A stretch of 64,000 nucleotides of DNA. It comes from an uncultured virus (IMG/VR IMGVR_UViG_3300021426_000069) (Duplodnaviria > Heunggongvirae > Uroviricota > Caudoviricetes). Positions 29,157 through 39,447 of the stretch are shown piece after piece. A program made the translations under genes and the position numbers. Under the pieces are notes generated by a model, which saw only the letters and a list, made by a program, of their open reading frames with translations, was not told the DNA's origin and made no database searches. The first letter of the stretch is position 1. Every line of letters starts with the position of its first letter. The stretch is taken from IMG/VR virus record IMGVR_UViG_3300021426_000069; one strand, 5' to 3'.

Positions 29157-29512
29157 TAAATCACCTCACCATTAATTGCATCAAGTGCTGTGTTTATATC
29201 GCCTACTAAACCATCTACATAGGATTTTGTTGTCAAACCTTTTCCTGCAATTACATTTTCTAGTGTACCTTTACCTATTAAACCATAATTAGTCATTTGA
29301 TTATAACCAGCAAAACTTCTTTCATCTCCACCTAAATAACCATTAATCATTGTTGTTCCATAGTTTGAATTAGTTTTAAATACTCCACCTTTTGCATTTG
29401 AGGCATAATCAGTATTCTTAACATAGTCTGTTAAATCAGGACGATTATCTAAACTATTATAATCAATAGATAAATCTCCTTCAGTAGTTCTAATCTTTTT
29501 TATACTACTCAT
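29156..29512 (-). CDS. Small fibre-associated protein
   Basis: DYNSLDNRPDL..YVKNTDYAS; GDINTALDAINGEVI. Confidence 0.55.
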   Translation of the reverse strand: MSSIKKIRTTEGDLSIDYNSLDNRPDLTDYVKNTDYASNAKGGVFKTNSNYGTTMINGYLGGDERSFAGYNQMTNYGLIGKGTLENVIAGKGLTTKSYVDGLVGDINTALDAINGEVI

Positions 29513-29543
29513 TATTGTCCCTCCTTAAAAATGAAGAAACCTC

Positions 29544-29996
29544 TTATATAGAGGCTTCTTTTTCTTTCATTTCGTCTTCTTCTGGTTCCACTACATCCCA
29601 AGTAATTACTTCTACATCTGAAGACATAGTAGATAATTTACTAATATTTTCAAAAGCCTTTTTAGCTTGAGTAACTACTGAAGCCACTACAATTCCTAAA
29701 ACTGCTACACTTGATAAAGTGTTTAATAATTCGCTTGAAAGTAATACTACTCCAAAAGCGTCTGTAATCATTGTGTTAATATAAGGCAACATTGTAAATG
29801 CAACACTTACAAATACTGCACTCATATAAAAGATTACAACTTTTAAAATTCCTTTAAAAAACTTTTTCCAAGAAAATGTTTGACCATCATTGATATTATA
29901 AATTGTTCCACAAACTAAATTAACTGTTGCAAGAATTCCTAATACAATTCCTAACCAACCCATAATTCTTAAAGTTTCCATAATTGCTTCTAACAT
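29544..29996 (-). CDS. Putative holin (3 TM segments)
   Basis: Three hydrophobic segments, FSWKKFFKGILK, acidic tail; lies between two lysins. Confidence 0.65.
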   Translation of the reverse strand: MLEAIMETLRIMGWLGIVLGILATVNLVCGTIYNINDGQTFSWKKFFKGILKVVIFYMSAVFVSVAFTMLPYINTMITDAFGVVLLSSELLNTLSSVAVLGIVVASVVTQAKKAFENISKLSTMSSDVEVITWDVVEPEEDEMKEKEASI

Positions 29997-30008
29997 ATTA
30001 ACCTCCTA

Positions 30009-31181
30009 TTATTTTTTTTGTAAAGCTTCTGCTCTATAAAATCCAGTCGTACCAGAACCGTTTCCAACTTGATATGGGAATGGTCTTCCGCTCCAGATTC
30101 TTAAGATTTGTCTAGTCCATCCAATTCCATATGCTGTATTACTATCACCATATGAACTTCCATTACCAGTTCCTACAATAACAACTGTATCTCCAACTTG
30201 AAGTCCTGTAGGTTGTGGTGCTGGTGGAGTTGGCTCATTATAAAGACTAATTGAACTTTCATCCATCCATCCTAAATCTCCTGTTGTATTATAAGGATGA
30301 GCACTTCCTGGATTTTTTCTAGTAATGTTAGTAACTTTATTACTTACACTACCAGCTGGACTTGCTGCATTTGAGTTAACGTATAGAGGTCCACTAATAA
30401 CAACCTTATCTCCAATATTATATTTTCCGCTTGGTCCTGGTATAGGTGGTGTTGGTTGTCCTCCATCAATTAACTTTTGAACATCATCTGGTAGATAAAT
30501 GAAACATCTAAAATAATAACTTGATGACATTCCCCATCTTCCATTTGAGTTATCTCTTATTTGGTTCCAGAATGCTGTTGAACCATATCCTGATTCAGAA
30601 GTGTAAATTCTACTATTACTATCTACTCTTTCAACTATAAATACGTGTCCAGCTCCACTTCCGCCACCACAGCATCCAATAGCTCCTCTTCTAGGAATTG
30701 AACCTGTTTTTAACCCTGCGGCTTCAGCTCTTTCTTTGAAACCAACTGCATTACAATTTAATGTTGTATAAGTACATCCGCTAGTATCTCTAGCGATATT
30801 TATAATTTCATTAAATCTTCCTGATGCATATCCAACGCAATTTGCTAAAACATTTGCGTTTGGATCCATTGGGTATCCTTTAATACATGTATTCCATCCA
30901 CCTGAACCTGTTGTAATAAAGTTTTTATTATTACTAGGCTTTGAAGTTCTCATTGTAAAACCCGCAGCACCAATTCCTTCTGGTTCTTCTTCGTTTACAT
31001 GCTCAACTTCTTGATTACTTTCACTATCATTTAATTGTTCAATAGTGTCTGTGTTAAATAGATATTGAACTTGTTCATCATCAATATCATCTCTTAAAAA
31101 AGCTTTTGCTACCATTGTTTGCACTTCAACAGGTGCTTGTTCAACTCTAGCAATTCTTTCTTCACTTGATAATTGTGCCAT
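30009..31181 (-). CDS. CHAP-family peptidoglycan hydrolase with two SH3-like C-terminal domains
   Basis: Start 31181 after AAAGGAGG; ANCVGYA (catalytic Cys), GHVFIVE (His), SES; Pro-rich linkers. Confidence 0.85.
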   Translation of the reverse strand: MAQLSSEERIARVEQAPVEVQTMVAKAFLRDDIDDEQVQYLFNTDTIEQLNDSESNQEVEHVNEEEPEGIGAAGFTMRTSKPSNNKNFITTGSGGWNTCIKGYPMDPNANVLANCVGYASGRFNEIINIARDTSGCTYTTLNCNAVGFKERAEAAGLKTGSIPRRGAIGCCGGGSGAGHVFIVERVDSNSRIYTSESGYGSTAFWNQIRDNSNGRWGMSSSYYFRCFIYLPDDVQKLIDGGQPTPPIPGPSGKYNIGDKVVISGPLYVNSNAASPAGSVSNKVTNITRKNPGSAHPYNTTGDLGWMDESSISLYNEPTPPAPQPTGLQVGDTVVIVGTGNGSSYGDSNTAYGIGWTRQILRIWSGRPFPYQVGNGSGTTGFYRAEALQKK

Positions 31182-31198
31182 AATAAACCTCCTTTGCA

Positions 31199-34100
31199 CT
31201 AATCATTAGTATTAACTTTATAGTAACCATATAAGAAAATCTCCACATTAACTTCTCCTGATGTATGGTCAATTTCTACAATATAAGGAGTTATTTTTGG
31301 ACTATAAGAACCTTTATATTCTGTCCCGTGTGTAGTTTGAGTAGATACCTCTGTAACACTAAAAGTTCTTTTTGCAGGATAAGTTGTTGGAGCTATTGCT
31401 AAAGTACATAAATTAGTTTCATTTTCTGTAAGATAATTTGTTAGACCAGCTGTGATATCAACTACTAGAGTTTCAGTTTCTCCAAAGAAATTATCATAAT
31501 AACCATTTGTATCTAAATCTTTAAATCTATCTGGAAAACTAGCTAATAAAGTACTATTGCTCATATCTGCATTGCTTTCATTAAAAAATACATCTGAGTA
31601 CATAAAAGCCCCTTCCATACGATAGAAAGAAGAACTTCCCGCAGCATAAACCCCTAATTGCATTGTCGGTGTCTTATGACAATATCCTGCATCAACTGAA
31701 TCAAGATCGCTAACTGTACCCCAAACATAACTAGGAAAGTTTGATCTTGTTTCATTACTTTCATATACGGGCTCTGTAGGCCATACTTTAGGTTCGGTAG
31801 AACAAACAACTTCTGCTTTTTGAAGAGTAAAATTATCAGGTAATAAAACCGGAATGGCAAAACTTTGAGCTTTATATGTAATAGAATTTCTATATGATTT
31901 TTCATATCCTCCAGCTGTTCCAACCCATTTAGTATATTCAGGATAATAACCTACTACACCTTTTCTTGCTGGATAGTGTAAAACAGCTAAAATTCCATCA
32001 CTATTAATTAAATTACGGCAAGTTAAATTTCCTTCTGCATCAATACCAAATTTAGTTCCATCTCCATATTTAATTTGCGGAGTTGCTAAGTCTATTAATA
32101 ATCCTTCTCCAGTCATATTTGAGCTATCATATGAAGAAGGAAAACCTTTATTATTATAATTTTGCCAATAGTTATGACTAAATAAATAACTTTTATTACT
32201 TTGTGGATCTATTGTAATTTGACCATCTAAATCTTTTCCAAATATCGCACCACCTGATTCAGCATCTAAGAATAAACTTTGTTGACCAGCATCATAGCCT
32301 AATAAACCAGTCTTAGTTACTCCATTACTATTATCTTTTACAGAACCCATTAACATTCCGGTAAAACGATTTTGTTCATCTTTTGTACCGGCTCCAATCT
32401 GTGGAGTCAATATATAACCATCTGTATCATTAATTGTTACACTGTTTCCATCCCAACCATTAATAGCTGCATTTGCATATCTATTTAGCATACAATGAAT
32501 TGGAATATGAATTTTTCCAATTACAGTTGTTCCGTCTGATTTCTTTTTGCAAATACATTCTAATCCAGTTGAAACGCATTCTCCTGAATATTCTGATACA
32601 GGGATTAACTTAATTTTATTTTGTTCTAAAACTTCAGTTTCATCAACAGTAAACATAGTTTTATCTACCCATAACCCTGTTTTAGTATCGTAAACTTGGC
32701 CTCTTATATGCCATTCAAATTTTACTCCATATTGATTTGAACGAAGTAAACTAATATTTTCTTTTACTCCATTAATTATTTGTAACATTTGAATTTCAAA
32801 AGGTTTACTATCATTATATTTAGGATACCTACCATCAGAACTATATGTTACAAAATTAAATCCTGTTCTTGGCTCTAAATATATTTGATAAGGATTATTA
32901 TAAGAAACTGTAATAACTGGAATAGTTACAAAATAATCTATTCCTTTGAAAGTGATTTTACATTGAACAATATTAGCAGGACAATTTGCACCAGAACCAT
33001 CTTCAATATAATATCCAGTTGTACTAAAAGTATTATTAGTTACTGTTATTGAGCTTGGATCTGATACTTGAGCATTATATTTATTTTTTTGAACTCCCCA
33101 TCTAATAACAGCTCTATCACTTTCAATAGAAGCTCCAGATTCAGCTCCCTCAAATATTAACTTTCCACCTCTCCAAATTTGCGCTTTAAACCATTTCCCT
33201 TGTTGAGCTGGAGTATAATTTAAAACTCCATTAACTATCATTGGATAATCAACTTTTTGAGATGTATTAGGAACAATTTTACAATAGTAATCTGTTCCAT
33301 TTGTTCCAATATCTCCTTCTTTTATAAAACTTAAATTAGTATAAGCAACCAATTTTTGTTTCTTATATGTTACTGTTAATTTAATTTCATTATTATTTTT
33401 TGTATTATCATAAAAATTGTCAATAGTAAAAGGTAATTGTCTTGCGGTTAAAGCTCCTGAAACTGTAATTAAAGTATTTTCAGTTGGAACTTCCCATTCT
33501 ATCTGACTCTTTTCTAAAATTTCATTAGTAACATCTAGCCCTTCTTTATTTATAATATTAAATTGAAGTGGTAATATTTCTTGCGGATTGTCTTTAGTTT
33601 TATCGCAAGGTGATATACCATTTTCATCATATTTAAAAATTTGAGTACCATTAATTAACTGAATGAAATAATCTTGATTAGTTGAATTTGTATTATATAA
33701 AATAATAGATTCAGTTCCAACGTATTCATTGTTATAATATATAGAACATTTATAATGCATATAATTAGTAATTTCACTTGTATTTATTTTATATATTTTA
33801 TTTTTATCAACTCTTGTTATTTTTTCAAAAGATTCAAATTCATTTTTATATTCTTCTAATTGTGCGGCAACCGCATTTGGGAAGACTTGTTCAGTTTGAA
33901 TTTGAGTTAATAAATTCTCATAATTATTATAAGCATTTTGATATGTTAGATTTTCTTCTGTTGTTTCATCTAATTTCATATATAGTCCATTGTTATCTGT
34001 TCTAGACCATATGTATCTATACCCAGTTAAAGGCTCTTCCGAATTGTTTATCATACAAGTTAATGTAGGATACCCTAGCCCGTCTATAAAGTCAGCTCCT

Positions 34101-35350
34101 AAGTCTGAAACTATCTTTATAGAAACTGCGGCTCCTTGATTTTTTATTGTAACTAATCTTTGTAAAATAATATCATTATAAATAACAATACATTTATATT
34201 GAACTTGTTCATTTCTAACACTAGCTTTAGCAACATTCCATATATTAGACGCTGAACTCCACGTTACTAAATTAGGATCGCTATTATCAACTAGTGTAAA
34301 ATCATTTAAACATTCCCAACCTTCTCCACCATATAAATTATATTTTTGACTTTCTATTGTAATATCATCATTCTCTTTAAACCAATAATATTCTACTTTA
34401 GCTTTAGATAAATCCATTTCCGCACCATTAGTTTTTATTTTTGCTACAAGTTGCTTAGTTGTTTGAAGACTGTCTTGTTCTGTAAAATAATTCCCTTGAG
34501 GCGTATTTATTACTAATCGTGCAACATTATATTCTTCTTCACTTATTCTATTAGATCCAAAAATTTGAAGCTCAGAAATAAAAATATCATTATCTTTATC
34601 TGTCGCTTGATAAGGGAAATTTTTTTCAAATATTGTAACATTATTTACATATTCAAAATTCTCTCCATCAATTTCAAAATATCCAAGTTGCGGAGTTGCA
34701 TTATTTAAGACATATGGATTACCACTCATTCTATCTATGTCTATAATAAATTTTTTTAATACAATCTCATCTGAAGCCTGAGTTTTAAAACCTAATTCAA
34801 AAATGATACCATAATTACCTTTTACTCTCTGTTCCCCAGGTAAATTCGTTCTAAACGAAGCTCCCGCAACTAGTTGAGAACTACTTTGTAAAAAATTCTT
34901 TAAAGCATCATTATCTAAATCAATTAAATTTATATCACTGTCTTTATCGTATAATACAATATTTTGTTCTTCTATATAAGAACATAATTCGAATTTAATA
35001 TTACTATTAACACAGTTATATCCAACTGGGTCCGATGCATCCGCATCTGTAATTGCGGTAACGCCTTGAATTTTATATCCATCAACCGCACCTAAAATAG
35101 TTTTATCTTTAGACATATCGCCGTTAGGAACTAATATATAAACATTAGTTCCTTCAACGTATTCTATTGTTGTATCTATTGAAAAAGCATCAAAATAACT
35201 ATCTTGATACTTAACATTATATTGTCCTAAAGACTTATCTACTATTTTAATAATTGTAGCTTGAATAGTTCTATCATAATTAGATTTAGCAATAGAATTA
35301 TCTACAATAGTTTCTATTGCTTCTAATATATTATCTTCATAGTTATTCAT
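31199..35350 (-). CDS. Large tail-tip/baseplate protein, paralog B
   Basis: 1383 aa; collinear similarity to 35377..39342 (TPQIGAG, FTGM, QSLFLDAESGGAIFGK). Confidence 0.65.
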   Translation of the reverse strand: MNNYEDNILEAIETIVDNSIAKSNYDRTIQATIIKIVDKSLGQYNVKYQDSYFDAFSIDTTIEYVEGTNVYILVPNGDMSKDKTILGAVDGYKIQGVTAITDADASDPVGYNCVNSNIKFELCSYIEEQNIVLYDKDSDINLIDLDNDALKNFLQSSSQLVAGASFRTNLPGEQRVKGNYGIIFELGFKTQASDEIVLKKFIIDIDRMSGNPYVLNNATPQLGYFEIDGENFEYVNNVTIFEKNFPYQATDKDNDIFISELQIFGSNRISEEEYNVARLVINTPQGNYFTEQDSLQTTKQLVAKIKTNGAEMDLSKAKVEYYWFKENDDITIESQKYNLYGGEGWECLNDFTLVDNSDPNLVTWSSASNIWNVAKASVRNEQVQYKCIVIYNDIILQRLVTIKNQGAAVSIKIVSDLGADFIDGLGYPTLTCMINNSEEPLTGYRYIWSRTDNNGLYMKLDETTEENLTYQNAYNNYENLLTQIQTEQVFPNAVAAQLEEYKNEFESFEKITRVDKNKIYKINTSEITNYMHYKCSIYYNNEYVGTESIILYNTNSTNQDYFIQLINGTQIFKYDENGISPCDKTKDNPQEILPLQFNIINKEGLDVTNEILEKSQIEWEVPTENTLITVSGALTARQLPFTIDNFYDNTKNNNEIKLTVTYKKQKLVAYTNLSFIKEGDIGTNGTDYYCKIVPNTSQKVDYPMIVNGVLNYTPAQQGKWFKAQIWRGGKLIFEGAESGASIESDRAVIRWGVQKNKYNAQVSDPSSITVTNNTFSTTGYYIEDGSGANCPANIVQCKITFKGIDYFVTIPVITVSYNNPYQIYLEPRTGFNFVTYSSDGRYPKYNDSKPFEIQMLQIINGVKENISLLRSNQYGVKFEWHIRGQVYDTKTGLWVDKTMFTVDETEVLEQNKIKLIPVSEYSGECVSTGLECICKKKSDGTTVIGKIHIPIHCMLNRYANAAINGWDGNSVTINDTDGYILTPQIGAGTKDEQNRFTGMLMGSVKDNSNGVTKTGLLGYDAGQQSLFLDAESGGAIFGKDLDGQITIDPQSNKSYLFSHNYWQNYNNKGFPSSYDSSNMTGEGLLIDLATPQIKYGDGTKFGIDAEGNLTCRNLINSDGILAVLHYPARKGVVGYYPEYTKWVGTAGGYEKSYRNSITYKAQSFAIPVLLPDNFTLQKAEVVCSTEPKVWPTEPVYESNETRSNFPSYVWGTVSDLDSVDAGYCHKTPTMQLGVYAAGSSSFYRMEGAFMYSDVFFNESNADMSNSTLLASFPDRFKDLDTNGYYDNFFGETETLVVDITAGLTNYLTENETNLCTLAIAPTTYPAKRTFSVTEVSTQTTHGTEYKGSYSPKITPYIVEIDHTSGEVNVEIFLYGYYKVNTND

Positions 35351-35376
35351 CTTTTTATCTCTCCTTTTATCTCCTA

Positions 35377-38300
35377 TTATTCAAACGCATCTGTTTTTAG
35401 ATACCCTTCTATTTTAAAATCTGCATATATTAATAAAGATTCTTTCCACGCATCAAAAACAATCTCTGCTATATTATGATTTCTACTCATATATTTATTA
35501 GGTGTCCCACTTTGAGCTACATAATAGTCATTAATAGCAACAGAAGGTTTTGAACTATTAGGTCCTAAATAAATATAATAATTTTTTCCTGTCTCTAAAT
35601 TACTAATTTGATCAGTAATATCAATACGTTGAAAATGGGTAACATTATTTTCTGCATTCGTTGTGTTTATAGTTGCAATTTTGGTCATATTATTATCGAA
35701 TAGTGTCCCTCCATTTTCATAGTTAGGTAAAGGAGATATTCCTCCTTGAACCGCAGAAATTGGTGTAAAATGATACTTATCTATAAATATATCATCTTTA
35801 TTAAAATTTTCTGAAATATAAACCGCTACAGTCGGCATATATGTTTGAATATAGTATGTAGTTCGAGTATAATCTGAAAAAACAATTTGTTTAGTTTGTA
35901 CATAAGAGGGCAAATTATAATAACCTAAATCTGGATAAAAGAGATATGGGTTCATAACTCCATATCCAGGATTTATTTGAGCGTCAACATATTCAGCTTC
36001 TTCCATAGACCTGTATTGACAATCTAAATAAGCTTTACTAACTTGAAAGTTTTTAGGTAAGTAAAAACATGTTTCAATAGTTATATTTTTAAAGCCTATT
36101 TTGGATGGAGCCTCTACTGTATAAGTTTCTTTCTGTTGAGTATAAGTTTGTAAAGTTACTTTAGACTCTTGATAAGGTAAATATCCTATTTGACCAGGGC
36201 CAAAAGCTGCTCCAGTTATTTTATCTCCCCAAATTTTGTAAGGGTCATCAAACATAATTCGATTATCTAGTGTTACAAAAATACCTTCTGAAGTTAATCC
36301 TCCTTCATACTCTAAAAATCCATCTTTAGTAATTTTACTCTTTCCATTTCCAAAAAATATTTCTGGGGTAGTTAAATCTATAATCATCCCCTGTCTATTT
36401 TTATTAGCATTATCATAATTTTTTGGAAAACCTTTATTATTATATTGTTTCCAATAATTTTTACTATATAATAAGCTTTTAGAAGCATTTGGATCAAAAA
36501 CTAATTGTCCTCCTTGAGAACCTTTTCCAAAAATAGCTCCTCCGCTTTCAGCATCTAAAAATAAACTTTGTTCACCATGACTATATCCAAGCAACCCTGT
36601 CTTCTCTACATTTTCTTCTTTAGCCTTACCCATTATCATTCCCGTAAAGCTTTCATCAGATTCTTTTTTACCGGCTCCAATTTGAGGTGTATATAAATAT
36701 CCACCAGATTGTTTTAATTGAATTGAATTTCCATTCCATCCTTCAATAGCCTGATTCATGCTTCTATCTAAATATCCATGAATTGGAATTTTTAATGTCG
36801 CTATGTAGTTAGTAGCTTTATAAACATCAACTTTTACTCCTGCGGTAACGCATTCTCCATCCCACTCTGAGTTTGGTTGAATACGTTTTTTCCAAGCTGG
36901 CAAAGTGTTATCTTCTATAATATTTACAATAGGAGTTTCTTTCCAGGTTAATCCATCCCAAACTTGTCCGTAAGTAGACCAGTTGAAGGTTAAATCTCTT
37001 TGAGTTATATCTAAACCATTTTGATTTAAAACTTGCAATTCAAAAATATCATTTTGATATTTAGGATTTCTTCCTTGAGAATTATATTGCACGTTTGTAA
37101 AACCTGTTCCTTCAACTAGAAAGACTTTATTTCCAGGCCAAGATTCGCCCTCTAATAAAGGCTTAGTACAATATATTTTTACTCCATCATAACTAACTTC
37201 ACATTGAACTACACTTGCGGCAATTCTATTTTCAGGAATATATCCCTTTGCAGTATAATTATTATATTCGTCTATATTGATTTTACTATAATCACTAATT
37301 TCATTAGGATATTTATTTTTTAATACACTCCATTTTAATTGAACTTGCTTATTTTCAATTGAAGTTCCATCAGAATCCCCTTCATATATTTTTTTACTAT
37401 CTTTCCACAATTGAATTTTAAACCATTTAGAACTAGAATATAAATTACAATTCCAAAAAGTTACTCGAGAAGAACCTGAATAAATTGGATATTGTAAATC
37501 GTTTTCTGCGTTCATTACAATTTTTCCTGTATATCTAGTTCCATTTGTTCCTATTTCTCCCTTTTTAATGAAGTTAATAGAAAACTCTTTATAAATATAT
37601 TGAGTATCTAATTGAATTTGAACTCCAATCTTATTGTTTGTTTTTTCTATATCATATCTATCTTCAATAGTATAAGTTAAATTATTTAAACTTGCACTAA
37701 AATCTTTCATCATAGATTTTTCTTGCGGACACGTCCAAATAATTTTACATTTTGAGAATATACTTTCATCTATTTCATTTCCATCTACGTCTTGCAACAT
37801 ACATTTTAAAGGTTTTATTTCCATATCAGGCTTATTTCCATCTATATCATATTGATATAAAATATCATTATTTAAAACCTTTAATTGAAATTGAATATCT
37901 TGAGTATTTGTTTGGTTATATAACATTATAGATGATGTTCCAACATAAACATCTCCTAAATATATAGAACAAGTATATTTTCTCGAAAGAGATATGTCCT
38001 TAATATATACATTTTGTATATTAGTATCATTTTCTAAAAAAGTGGTTCCTGCTCCACTATCTTCAAAAATCCAATGATAGCTATATTCATTTTCGGGATC
38101 TCCTCCTTCAACATTACAAGTTAAAGTAATTTCTCCCATGTCGTAATAGAAAACTGTTCCATTACTAGATTGAATTGAAATTTTTATTTCTGTATCATAG
38201 TTTTTAAAAATAACCACTTGTGAATATAAAATTCCTCCTATATCTGCTACACATTTATACATTTGTTCTTCAGATACAATATCTGTTTTATGTACAGCAT

Positions 38301-39342
38301 AAGTGTTTGTACCCTCGGTTAAATATTCCCAACCGGCACCTCCCGCATGATTATATTTAGGACTGGTTAAATCAATACTGCTATTTTCTTTAAACCAATA
38401 GAATTTTACATTACTAATATCTTCTTGAACTTTCCCACTTACTTTTATTTTTGCTTCTATTCTTTTTTCATTTACATCTTCGGTTTGTGAGAAGTAACTT
38501 CCATCTGGCGTTTCTAACGCTATTCTTGTAGATAGCAATTCATCAGATGTTAAACCTATTGCTCCTCCTATAAAAATATTCTTTATGAATATATCATTTT
38601 CTTTATTATCGTCTGTATGTGGGAAGTCTTTCTCAAATATATAAATTTTATTTATATATTGAAATCCTTCTCCAATTTCAAAATAACTCTTTTGAGTTGT
38701 ACTTTTAGTTAATTTATATGGATTTCCTGTCATTTGATTAACATCTACCATATAATTTTTCATCAAGCCATCTTCAAAAGCTAGTTCAAATACAATTCCA
38801 TAGTTTCCTTTTAACTGTTGTTCTGCGGGTAGTTGAGTTCTAAAGTCAGCTCCGCAACATAATATACTACTTTGTTGTATATATTCTTGAACATCTCTTG
38901 TATTAAGATGAATTAAATTAATTCTATTTTCTCTATCATATAAAATTTTTATATCTCCATCAGGAGTATAAGAACATAGTTCAAAAGTATCATTTAAACT
39001 ATTTGCGCAATTTGTTCCAACTATTTCATATCTTTCTGCGTCTACAATAGTAGTAACAAATTCTGCGTTCTTTTCAACTGGACCTATAATCATTTTATCT
39101 TGTTTAGTATCATTTCCTGGGAATAATACATAAACATTTTGTCCATCTTGATATTGTTTCGTTTTATTTACAGCAAAAGCATCAAATCTACTATCTTGGT
39201 ACTTAACCAAATAATGTGCGGATGCCGCATCAATCATCTTAATAATTGTGGCTTGAACAGTTTTATTAAAATCAGCTTCATCGATTTTTTGATTTGTAAT
39301 TATCTCGACGGCTTCTAAAATATTATTTTCATAACTGTTCAT
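35377..39342 (-). CDS. Large tail-tip/baseplate protein, paralog A
   Basis: Directly downstream of the tape measure; start taken at ATG 39342 from SD spacing and the paralog's N-terminus. Confidence 0.65.
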   Translation of the reverse strand: MNSYENNILEAVEIITNQKIDEADFNKTVQATIIKMIDAASAHYLVKYQDSRFDAFAVNKTKQYQDGQNVYVLFPGNDTKQDKMIIGPVEKNAEFVTTIVDAERYEIVGTNCANSLNDTFELCSYTPDGDIKILYDRENRINLIHLNTRDVQEYIQQSSILCCGADFRTQLPAEQQLKGNYGIVFELAFEDGLMKNYMVDVNQMTGNPYKLTKSTTQKSYFEIGEGFQYINKIYIFEKDFPHTDDNKENDIFIKNIFIGGAIGLTSDELLSTRIALETPDGSYFSQTEDVNEKRIEAKIKVSGKVQEDISNVKFYWFKENSSIDLTSPKYNHAGGAGWEYLTEGTNTYAVHKTDIVSEEQMYKCVADIGGILYSQVVIFKNYDTEIKISIQSSNGTVFYYDMGEITLTCNVEGGDPENEYSYHWIFEDSGAGTTFLENDTNIQNVYIKDISLSRKYTCSIYLGDVYVGTSSIMLYNQTNTQDIQFQLKVLNNDILYQYDIDGNKPDMEIKPLKCMLQDVDGNEIDESIFSKCKIIWTCPQEKSMMKDFSASLNNLTYTIEDRYDIEKTNNKIGVQIQLDTQYIYKEFSINFIKKGEIGTNGTRYTGKIVMNAENDLQYPIYSGSSRVTFWNCNLYSSSKWFKIQLWKDSKKIYEGDSDGTSIENKQVQLKWSVLKNKYPNEISDYSKINIDEYNNYTAKGYIPENRIAASVVQCEVSYDGVKIYCTKPLLEGESWPGNKVFLVEGTGFTNVQYNSQGRNPKYQNDIFELQVLNQNGLDITQRDLTFNWSTYGQVWDGLTWKETPIVNIIEDNTLPAWKKRIQPNSEWDGECVTAGVKVDVYKATNYIATLKIPIHGYLDRSMNQAIEGWNGNSIQLKQSGGYLYTPQIGAGKKESDESFTGMIMGKAKEENVEKTGLLGYSHGEQSLFLDAESGGAIFGKGSQGGQLVFDPNASKSLLYSKNYWKQYNNKGFPKNYDNANKNRQGMIIDLTTPEIFFGNGKSKITKDGFLEYEGGLTSEGIFVTLDNRIMFDDPYKIWGDKITGAAFGPGQIGYLPYQESKVTLQTYTQQKETYTVEAPSKIGFKNITIETCFYLPKNFQVSKAYLDCQYRSMEEAEYVDAQINPGYGVMNPYLFYPDLGYYNLPSYVQTKQIVFSDYTRTTYYIQTYMPTVAVYISENFNKDDIFIDKYHFTPISAVQGGISPLPNYENGGTLFDNNMTKIATINTTNAENNVTHFQRIDITDQISNLETGKNYYIYLGPNSSKPSVAINDYYVAQSGTPNKYMSRNHNIAEIVFDAWKESLLIYADFKIEGYLKTDAFE

Positions 39343-39367
39343 AATCACATCTCCTTTTATCTCTTCC

Positions 39368-39416
39368 TTAATAATATATCAAAATATTATAATATTGTTT
39401 AAATATTTTAACCCAA
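39368..39416 (-). promoter_or_regulatory. Repeated putative late-promoter motif, copy 6
   Basis: TTGGGTTAA...TTTTGATATATTATTAA, same spacing. Confidence 0.7.
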
Positions 39417-39418
39417 AT

Positions 39419-39447
39419 AAAAAAAGGTAGTTTTTCAACTACCTTTT
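39419..39447 (-). terminator. Intrinsic terminator after tape measure
   Basis: AAAAGGTAGTT/AACTACCTTTT stem plus T-run. Confidence 0.8.
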
